Positions 54,294-64,000 of a stretch of 64,000 nt of DNA are shown here, piece after piece (within the stretch, counting starts at the first letter, position 1; each line of letters opens with the position of its first letter). The notes under the pieces are model-generated. The model was not told the DNA's origin. It did not search any database and saw nothing but the letters and a program-made list of their open reading frames with translations. Origin of the DNA: Eledone cirrhosa (taxonomy: Eukaryota); assembly GCA_964016885.1 (NCBI GenBank), contig OZ024740.1:306714001-306778000 (forward strand). The letters run 5' to 3'. Both the position numbers and the translations under genes were made by a program.

Positions 54294-55738
54294 ATATATA
54301 TACATATACATAGTCAGGTCTTAGCAGGGCCGTGTCACATGTTGTATGTATGTATGTATGTGTGTGGGGAGATCCGTCTGATCGACTCCCTTCCCCCGCC
54401 TCTGCTCGACATAACCACACGTCCCTCGTACATAGTTTGAAGTCCTTTATAGACCGTCTCCTCTTAGCATTCCTTCAACCACCCAGCTGAATCAACCAGT
54501 TCAAACCGCCTAAGCAACCCAGACAAACCAAACGAGATAATAACAACAACGACACCAGCTACAAAATCAAGAAGACAAACACCAAAGTCATCATTTTTTT
54601 AAAAACATTTCATTACATGAGAAACTTGGGGTGAAATTTCGGAAGTCATAGACTCCCCCCTCCTGTGCCCCACCTTTGACAAACCATGGTAATCTCAAAC
54701 TGAAGAAATGTCGCCCTTTTTTTCTTCTTTTGACACCCACCCTAACATCTCCTAAACTAGGGTCATTGAAATTGTGGCATCATATCGGGGTAGTGGTACC
54801 TATCACAAAAGAAGAGCATACCATCATCGCCATCCGTTAAAAATAACAAACAACAAAAACCTGACACCCAGTGCTTGTTTATGGCTTCGGTAGAGAGGTT
54901 GTTTGTGTGTTAAACTTCTCCTCTTCCTCCTCCTTTGCCACCGCTTCTATCGTCATCATTATTATCATCATCATCATCATCAATATCACCCATATGCGTT
55001 GTCTTCCTTTCTTTTCTTCTTTCTCACTAATCTCGTGTGTATGTGGGAGAGAGACAGAAAAACAGCATTACTTCGCCATAATATACACACTGCAACATTG
55101 AAATCGGATTTACAGTTATTGTTATTATTTTTATCATTATTAATATTAACAGACCTTCTGACCTCTAACATAACATAAGAACAATATCAACAACAAAAGG
55201 TTTTAAGTCGAACACAAATGACTTTTTTTTATATAATGTATTTATAATAATTGAAAAAAATATTTAACGTTCACACAGGATTATTACACGGAAATCATTG
55301 TCATTAATTTTGATTTTAAATTCCTTCTCCTTTTTGGACTGGAAGAAATTAAAAACAAAACAAAACACCAACAACACAAATACGGAAACTTGTTTTAAAT
55401 CGGATAAGGTAAGAATCGAACCTTTATCCGTTATTGTTGAAGGCAAACAGGAAAAGTTCACTGGAGAAATATATTAAAAATAAACAGTAATAAGAAAAAT
55501 AAGACAACACAACCCACCTTAGCCCCACTTTTTATTTCCTTCCCACCCCCAATGATGTATCGACAGAATAAGTATTTGTCAATGTTTGAATTGCGCCTGG
55601 TTTTGCTTCACCTATCCTACAGGGTGCGAAGCGGTTATGTTGTGTAGGTCTGGTGAATGAGGAAAAAAAAATCGCCAACATCAATAACTGCTGGCGAAAT
55701 AATAATAATAATTATTATTATTTCTTTAACTTGGGAAA

Positions 55739-55822
55739 ATGGCATCGAGTAAAAAGAACAGTAACCATCGTATGGAGGATAGCAGTGATGTCGTGAAGAC
55801 TGGTTACTTGAAGAAATTGAAG
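55739..55822 (+). CDS. IRS: First coding exon of a probable insulin receptor substrate (IRS/chico-like) gene, start of the PH domain
   Basis: MASSKKNSNHRMEDSSDVVKTGYLKKLK followed by AAG|GTAGGT (phase-0 donor). AAAATGG start context and an in-frame TAA at 55727. Compare Drosophila Chico GYLKKLK and vertebrate IRS1 DVRKVGYLRK. No later exon recognised in the window. Confidence 0.78.
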
Positions 55823-56808
55823 GTAGGTGTTGCTGCCTTTATTATATTGTATGGTCTATATTTTTGGTATTGTTATTATGTTTGTATATTGCTGGTTGGG
55901 TGGGGATGGGGTAAATAGTGGCTAGTATGGTGTATATTTATATAGTGGCTAATGTGTGTTTATAAGCAGTGGGTGTATATGTAGTATTGTGTGGTACACG
56001 TATACATAGTGATTGACTAAGGACTTATGTAACCAATATATAATACTTGGAAAATAATAGTAATACTGATTAGCGTAACATGATTTTATATATATATATA
56101 CACCTGTATTATGAGTGAGTATACGTTACATAAATAGAGATTTGCCTGTTCCATATACTCCTTTACATCGAAGGTGCACATTTTTAATGTACATGTTCAA
56201 TTAATAGTATTTGTATAAATAATACACATAGATATATATCTATATATTTACGTAGTTGGTGGCGATATGAAGCGGGTGTATATATATATTTGATCTGTAA
56301 AACATGTTTGAGAATAAAAAGATGTGTAGGCCTCCCGTATATGTATGTATTTGGCTATTGGTGCTATTATAATAGTGACAGGTTTGAGTATATACAGCCT
56401 TGTGTATAGTACTTTAATGTTTATATAACGTCTGATGGTATGGTACTAAAGAATGTAGAATGTATACTACGTTGTATACATGTCTGACGGTGTTTGTATA
56501 GAGTGCTAGTAGTGTTATAGAGTGTATATAATAGTGAGCTATTATTGGCGGGACTATCGTGTGGGTTTATTCTACGTATGTGTCACAGGTGTTTATTATT
56601 GTGGTTAGATTAGAGAGTGTATATAGTGTATTGGTGTTTATTATGTTTTTCATATACAGTTCAGAGTGAAAATAATCTATGTATTTGTAGGTTAGACATC
56701 GAGGTGTTTTGTGTATAGTGGTTTTATTGTATACTTGTGTTATATGAAGTGTATATCCTTTTTACTGAGTCCCCATATTGCATTACTTGTGGTATAAAAT
56801 TAGTTGTA

Positions 56809-56865
<57 letters not shown>

Positions 56866-59496
56866 CGTTTGACTTATTCGTGCATTACCATTTGTTTCGT
56901 GGACGTAAACACGCCTACGAAATCACTGGCAATGTACAAATGCTAATACAAATATTCCCAATTCCACGTTGTTGATCGTTTGTACTCGCACCTATATGTA
57001 TATATATAATGTAGGAGGTGAGTTTTATTGTAGCACAATAAAGTAATGCAAATATCGGATAAGTAGCACTCAACAGTTTATAGGACTGGAGTATAAATAA
57101 TATATTACCAATATATATATTATTGGTAGTACAGCTTTAATTAGATGTAGAAAATGATATGGTAGTTGTGTTCAGGTACATTTTTAGTGTTATAATGGTG
57201 TGTTCAGTATTATTGTTTGTAATGTTATCGTTATAGTGCTTAGACTATTTATTTGGAGGTCTAAGTCTACAGTGATTGTGGTGCATAGTGCATGTGCATA
57301 TCTTAGTAGTGTACAGTGTTTGTGGTAGGCTGTGTGTAATTTACAATGTGTGTGTGTGCATCTATGTAGTACTATTGTTTATAACTATGGAATGTTATTT
57401 AAATGTGACATGCATTAGTGTGTTTATAGTATGTAATAATACGGTGGTAGTATTAAGGTATGTTTGGTGTAAACTATGTACTGCATTATTGTAAATGGTA
57501 GTAGTGTTCTTGTATAGTTTGTGTTGTGTATATATAATGTGGCGTGTGCTGTCTGCATTGTGATAGTGATGGTGGTAGTACTGTAAAAGCAGACAACGTG
57601 CAATGAGAAAGTGGCGGGGACCAGTTAGAAAGTCGGCAGTTTTAACTGACGGACATATTTACACTGTAAACATCGTAGCTGCTTTCTTCTTCCATATTTG
57701 CAACAGTTGGTGTTTTTAGCAGCCAGCTTTCACTCTCTCCCTCCCTTGCATGCTATTCTCTCCTTCTCTTCCTTTCTTTCGCTCTCCTTTGCTTTAATCT
57801 CTTTCTTTTTTTCACTCTTCCATTGCTCTCTCTCTGCTTCCTCTCTATTAAACATCTGTTCGTTTTCTTTATCTTGGATTCTTTCACTTGTCTTGTTTTT
57901 CATTTTGATCTCTACCTCTCTCTCTTTCCCCTTCCCTCTTTGTATGTTTTATTATTCACCCTCTCTCTTTTATTATTATTTCTAATTCTCCTATATTCTG
58001 TTGTACCCTCTCACTCCGACTTATGTCTCTTTCTTTCTCTGCCTCTTACTTACGTGATGTTTTGTCTGCCTTAACACCCCTCCACTCATCAATTTTATCC
58101 TTTTTACCTTGCCTTCTCCTCTGTCTGTCTGTCCTTTTTATCTAATCAACATCCTTCCACTCTTTCCGAATGTTGTCAGCTTCTCTTTCAATCTTTCTTC
58201 TCTCCTCCCTATATCGTCGTTCATAACCTTCTGTTTCCCCTTCTCTTACTCTCCCTCGCATAACCTTGTCTGTTCCCCACCCTGCCCAATCCATCCACTC
58301 TTAATTTGTTTACTTCAAATAACATTAATCTGTGTGTGTGTGATAGAGAGAGAAAGACTGTTTCTCCCTCTCTCTCTCTCTTTCTCTCCTCTTTATGTTT
58401 ATCCTCTCATTGCTCACTCTTTCTTATTCTTTCATGCTTTTTATCTCTGCCTTTCTCCGTATTTTAAAGATCTCTAACTCTTACTTTCTCACACTCTAGT
58501 TCTGCTTAACTGTATGTATATTCCCAATCTATCTGTCTTTATATCTTAATATCTATCTCTCCGTCTGTCTGTCTTCCAACACTCTGCCCACTTCTCTAAT
58601 CTCTCATTTCTATCACAACTTCTGTTTTTCTACCCCGATCTCTTCATTCTCAATATTACATATCTTACTCCTCTCTCTTTCTCTCTCATTCTCTTCTCTT
58701 TCTCTCTAATCTGGCACTTCTCCAAACTCAAGTTACTAGTCGATTCCGTCATCAGACTATATTTTGGTTGTAAAGAAATAGACTGGCTTCCCGCCCTGGC
58801 CACCACCCTATCTCCTGGGTTGCCGTTGTCCTTCACCTTCTGAAGAAGGGTAGTTTGTGGGTCGGCGGGGCGGAAGAGACGAGAGACGGCCTGATAGGGT
58901 GGAGGGAAGGACAAGCTGCTCTTACGGGCTGAGTAAGTGAGTGATAAATGGATAGATGGGTTGTGTAGCATATTAGACTGAGTGACTGTTTCAGTGATAG
59001 TGGGAGTACACTGTGTGAAGCAGAGAGAAAGAGAAAGAGAAAGAGTGAGAGACAGACAGACAGATAGAAGCAATCTAGCATAGGGAGAGGGAGAGCAGAC
59101 TGCCAGCCAAGCTAACCTAACTATAGAACTTGTTTATTTGGATCCGCTCACAACTCTCACCCGCCCCCACTTGGCGGCACACACACATACACAATATATG
59201 TATAATCCATATACATGTAAACAGACATATACATGTAAACACAGACATACACCAATTTTTCTCAAGGTTTCTTTTTCTTATTATAGCCACATCACCATTA
59301 TACTGCTGTTTTTCTGTTACAACTAACTCTCTCTCTCTTCCCCTGTTTATGTCTGTTGTTATTTCATACTCAGTGTTTCTGTGTTGGTGTTATTTAGAGC
59401 CAGGCTGACCCTGATTCTGTAGACTTGTAGTCAGACGTTTCAGCCGTGACCATCTTTTCTCTAATGCTATGTCTGGACACAATCTGTGTGCTATAA

Positions 59497-59690
59497 TAAT
59501 GGTTTCTCATTTAGGCACAAGGCCAGCAATTTTGGGTCAAAGAAAAGTCGATTATATCGATCCCCCAGTACTTGATTTGTACTTTATTTTATCGACCTCG
59601 GAAGGATGAAAGGCGAAGTTGACCTCGGCGACATTTGAACTCAGACCTATACTACTCTTTATGTTCTGAGTTCAAACTCCGCCGAGGTCG
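59497..59690 (-). mobile_element. SINE family A (-) followed by a short inverted copy (+), forming a hairpin
   Basis: GACCTCGGCGACATTTGAACTCAGA (59621-59645) vs TCTGAGTTCAAACTCCGCCGAGGTC (59665-59689). Confidence 0.85.
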
Positions 59691-59847
59691 TTTTTTTTTT
59701 TTTTTACCTTTTTTTACATGAATTTATATGCATTTGTTATTTACGTACCATGTAAATATGCATTTGTGTCATGGTGAATTCTTGTTGATTACATGGCGAT
59801 AATGTCATGGCGCATACTTGTGGATATGATCTTTGTTTTATTCTTGA

Positions 59848-60343
59848 CTAGCAGTGGTACCCGGCGTTTCACGGGATAAGGTATTGTGAAATATATAACC
59901 GCCTTAGCTAGGCTTAGTATACCACGGCTGGCAAAGAAGTAAGAGTCTGGTGGTACGTAAGTAAGCAACACTGTGGCTTAAAACGTGAGGAAGAAGTTGT
60001 GTACATTTACCAACTGTTTGGGGAATGAGTGTGAGATTTGCCTTGAGCAAGGGTGGCAAAATAACCGGAGGCAACAGACAGCCAGACAGATATAAGGGCG
60101 CGACGTTATATGTATCTATCTATCTAAAAAGATAAAGACTAAGAATTATAGAGAGAGATTGCTAAATCGCCCAATGCGGTCCCTAGGGCATTGAAAATTT
60201 AAAATTTTTTCTTGCTCAGATCACTACCTGAAACATAAGTATTACATGTGTAAAGTTTGAAAACAGTCGGTTGGGTGGTTCTCTAGTTTTAGGGATTCAA
60301 ACTCACACACACACACAGACATCCTCAGTTTTATATATATAGA
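59848..60343 (-). mobile_element. Complete non-autonomous Helitron
   Basis: Minus strand A|TCTATATATATAAAACTGAGGATGTCTG ... CCCGTGAAACGCCGGG hairpin + TACCACTG + CTAG|T. Canonical TC/CTAG termini at an A^T site. Confidence 0.9.
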
Positions 60344-60430
60344 TATGTATGTACAGGTACATGTGTATATACACGTGTATGTATGTATGTATGTATGTAT
60401 GTATGTATGTATGTATGTATATATGCGTTA

Positions 60431-60467
<37 letters not shown>

Positions 60468-60904
60468 TCAGAATGGACCTCTGTCGGTTTCTACGATGAG
60501 TGTTCCAGTTCGATCAACGGAACAGCCTTGTGGCTGAGTATTTCCAGTCATGTGTACCCCTAACGTAAATTCTCAGGGAGATTCAGCATAACACAGTGTG
60601 TAACAAGGCCGACTCTTTGAATTACAGATATAATCCATCCGACGGATTTCCAAATAGTTTCCGTCTACGCAGTATGATCGAATGGTTAAGAAGTTCGCTT
60701 CGCAATCATTAGGTCCCAGGTTCTAATCCACTTCGTGGCATCTTGGACAAGTGTCATTTCGCATAGCCTCTGGTTGACTTATGAGGTACATATGTGTACA
60801 CATATATACATGTATAGAAATCAAGAAAAAAACAATGCAACAACATAATGGTATATTAGTTAAACGCTTGATGGTTGGGAAAGACTGTTTATATATTATA
60901 TTAT

Positions 60905-61988
60905 ATATAACTGGGTCGTCTGAGAAAGTGTGTATGTTGAAAGACCCCAAATACCCAGTAACCCCAGGTCACACTACTAATGATGTCTTTCAGCTCATCT
61001 ACGCAGATGTATCTTTCACGTTGAAGTTTAACATGGCCAATGACACTCAAATTGACTCGATGTGGTGACTACTGGAGAGACACAGTTGGCAGTATGGAAA
61101 AGCGCCCCTCTGAAAAGGAACCCGATATTTAAAGCTACAGAAAGGCCATTGGAAAGACACTCCTAGGAGACACATAAACGTGTGGGGGATGAGATTTCAT
61201 TAAACAGAACAGGCAAACAATCAGACTTATGAGATGTACATGCAGCAAATAATGCAAGAACAAAAGTGGCCTTAAAATCCACTAGACCTATATAAAAGGT
61301 TAACCAGGAAAGTGGCTAACAAATTCTAATTTTAGGGTATCCAGTGTGGCCGCCCCCACTGTTTCAGAGAAACCAGTCAAGAGTATGGGGAACTTTTTTG
61401 ACTCAACGTTGAAAGACAATATTAAAATGTCCAAGGAAGATGGAAGCTTGGCTTACTAGAGTCGACAAATCAGGCATGCCACAAGATTCAAGGCCTGAGG
61501 TTTACCAACATAACTGTGGCCTCTGTTAGTTTATGCAGTTCCTTTAACAACAGAGAAGTCCCCTAATAGGAAGATCAGCATTGCTCTCCACACGTAGTTG
61601 GGCTTACTACACATCCTCAGCTCTGCAGTATTGTATGGGACTAGCAACACCATGCAGCTTCCATTCAGTGGCATCACATCGCGGAGTTTATAGTGGCACA
61701 ATCAAGAGAGGTACTGCAATTCAGAGACTCTAGAGACGAAAAGGTTGCAGTGTCAGGAACAGGCTGAGGGCATGCAAGAAATGGAGAGCAAAGAGGGCAA
61801 TGCATGTAGAAGTCAATATTGTGGCACAAGGAGTAGGTGGGCACTATTTCCACTAGCTGAACAGGCTTGGGATATTTCCCAAATACCGAGGTTCAGAAAA
61901 TTCAAAGCAAGGAGAGAAACCATCTCATCTGGGAAGAGGGTAAAATGTGTGTGGAGGAAGAGAAAATGAACAATATCATATGGCTCAG

Positions 61989-61990
<2 letters not shown>
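60905..61990 (+). pseudogene. Decayed Hero-type LINE RT fragment
   Basis: EAWLTRVDKSGMP..FKA, LWPLLVYAVP and LYGTSN segments spread over broken frames. Confidence 0.72.
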
Positions 61991-62057
<67 letters not shown>

Positions 62058-62089
62058 TGAGAGAGAGAGAGGTGTGTGTGTAGATATGT

Positions 62090-62420
62090 CCTAAGTTGAC
62101 TGGACTATTGCTCCCAATAGGATTGCCGCGGTGAAGGAGATGAGCTACTGGGAGAGGTTAAAAGAACTAAAACTCTACACCTTAAAATGAAGGCGGGATA
62201 TGCATATGGAAGATCCTGGAAGGACTAGCACCAAACTTTGGCATTGAGAGCTGGACAAACCCTCGAACAGGACGTCACTGTGTGGTGCCAAAAATCCCGT
62301 CTTTCGCATCCTGAGTAAGGAGTAGATATTGCAATAACCTGGAGTTCAAAGGCCCTCAACCCTTCAACAAGCTGCCAAAAAATGTGAGAGATCTACATGG
62401 TGTGGCAGTGGATGTTTACA
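62090..62420 (+). pseudogene. CR1-group LINE 3' fragment
   Basis: MSYWERLKELKLYTL*RR ... KGPQPFNKLP. Confidence 0.75.
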
Positions 62421-63672
62421 TATATGTATATATACACACAGAAAGACAGACACACACACACGTACATATATTACATGTATGCTTATCTGACCTACGAACA
62501 ACTTGATACATTGCACCAACCACTTGATTAACGTATAATAGCTAGTCAATATTATCACCAAAGGAAGAGACACAATAAGGACTTGATAGAACTTTTACAA
62601 CGATAAGATATTGCGACATTCGTGGGATGGAGGAAATAATCCAGAAAGATTTAGAATTTTGAAAGCTTACGCGAATATTTGTGTTTATATATTTTTTTAA
62701 AAGTGAATTATATGTATGTGTTTTTTTTCTTTCTGTGGAGCGAGAGATTCATAGTCTTCATTAAGATGGTCACTCTGATATAAAACCTGCGACTTCGTTT
62801 GCATCCAATGATGTAGACTAGTTCTACTTTTTGGGTAAATGCATTCAATATTCAGAGAGTAGGATTGGCCCCGTACAAAGCCTTTCCTCACTTAACAAAA
62901 GCTTCAAGCACAGACATCGCTTTATATATGACATGTTTTGCGATGCATAGCATTGTTGGCCATAGGCAAGTCCCTATCAGGACTAAAAAGCCACGTTCGT
63001 GGTGCTCAAGCTTAAGTATCCAGTGATGGCATTACTCGAAATTGAGTTGCAGCCATCGCGCGCGTGTGTGTACACACACATAGAGAGAGAGAGAGCAAAT
63101 GTTTCCTTGTAGGTCAAGTCACAAATGGATTCATACAAAATGTTAAATCTATATCAAACTAAATACTATGCGAAATGTACAGTATTATATTTGACATGCC
63201 AACATACAAAAATATATAACAACAATGATAATACATAAAAGAAACAATACAGGTATAATACAAGCGCAAAAGATTGTAATAAAATGACAATACTGGTACA
63301 CACATGTGTATATATATTATGAATAGTAGAAAGTAGAGTTGAGTTGTGTTGCGGTTCTGAGAAAGACCCGTTTCTGAACCTAGTTTTCTCCGCTCAAACA
63401 TTTATCATCTGGTTGCTGAGTAAATAATCTATGGCGTTGTGGCTGACATGTTGGTTGCTCTCATGTGGATGGGAGAGGCCGCTAGTAATTCGGGAGAGTA
63501 AGTGAAGTAGACTGCTACTTCATTAAAATTATTAGAGGCTGGCTTTAACGATATAATTAAACTAATAGATTCTAACGCGAAGAAAGACACGACAATGCAT
63601 AATGTAAAGTCAAGCCCGTGGTAATCAGGAAATCTTCAGTGTATGATCATGAAACGTCCGAAATGTTTCAGG

Positions 63673-64000
63673 TATTCTTTGGTCTCGAATAATCGCCTGC
63701 CTACCCTCTTATTAATTTTTTCTAATCTATCTCCGGCGAAATTTTATTTTAAGTGACCTTGCTGCGACAATTAATTTTCTCTATACATTAAAAAACATTA
63801 TACATGACAAAAAAAGTACATTACTAGAAATCTCATGCGTTATAAAATAAATAGGATGGGTTGGGGGTCTCAAAATGTAAACTAAACGACTAATTCTGGT
63901 TTTTAAAAATCAACGGAGACAATTTAGAAAAATTACCGAATTTCCATCCACCTCGCTTATTCCAACCCCGGCTTATTCCCCACCCCCCATTATTTTGGAC
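63673..64000 (-). mobile_element. MITE of the 31578/36254 family, running off the window end
   Basis: Reverse complement of the MITE body: GGTCTCGAATAATCG...CTAATCTATCTCCGGCGAAATTTT... Confidence 0.85.

Noticed and set aside
58730-58940. GC-richer patch ending in GA|GTAAGT inside the inferred intron
   Set aside because: No IRS-like translation and no clear acceptor. It could be an enhancer or non-coding exon but is unsupported.
52415-59245. Forkhead/FOXO-like TGTTTAC/GTAAACA sites around the IRS exon
   Set aside because: Biologically plausible, but expected by chance in AT-rich DNA without conservation data.

Overview
AT-rich, microsatellite-dense eukaryotic DNA. The SINE, RTE and Helitron repertoire looks like an octopod cephalopod, which is an inference from remembered repeat sequences. 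The window opens with a ~6.5-kb 24-bp satellite carrying a 3785-bp higher-order duplication, followed by a 41-bp minisatellite. Next come ~45 kb of transposon debris: tRNA-derived SINEs, Helitrons, a Chapaev3-like transposase pseudogene, Tc1/pogo and hAT MITEs, RTE, Hero, CRE, CR1 and I-group LINE fragments, and one 5'-truncated RTE with an uninterrupted 557-aa RT ORF. The only host coding sequence I can support is an 84-nt first coding exon at 55739-55822 (+) of a probable insulin receptor substrate (IRS/chico) gene, absent from the ORF track. The most striking signal is a dense set of sequence-divergent type-I hammerhead ribozyme folds. They sit in short non-coding elements bounded by (TA)n, often as fold-back palindromes. 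Many of these elements share a TTGAGTRCY-like motif near the (TA)n junction, consistent with Penelope-like pseudo-LTR remnants or non-autonomous retrozyme-like elements. Almost all ORF-track entries are microsatellite artefacts. Family names come from motif recall, and no searches were run.
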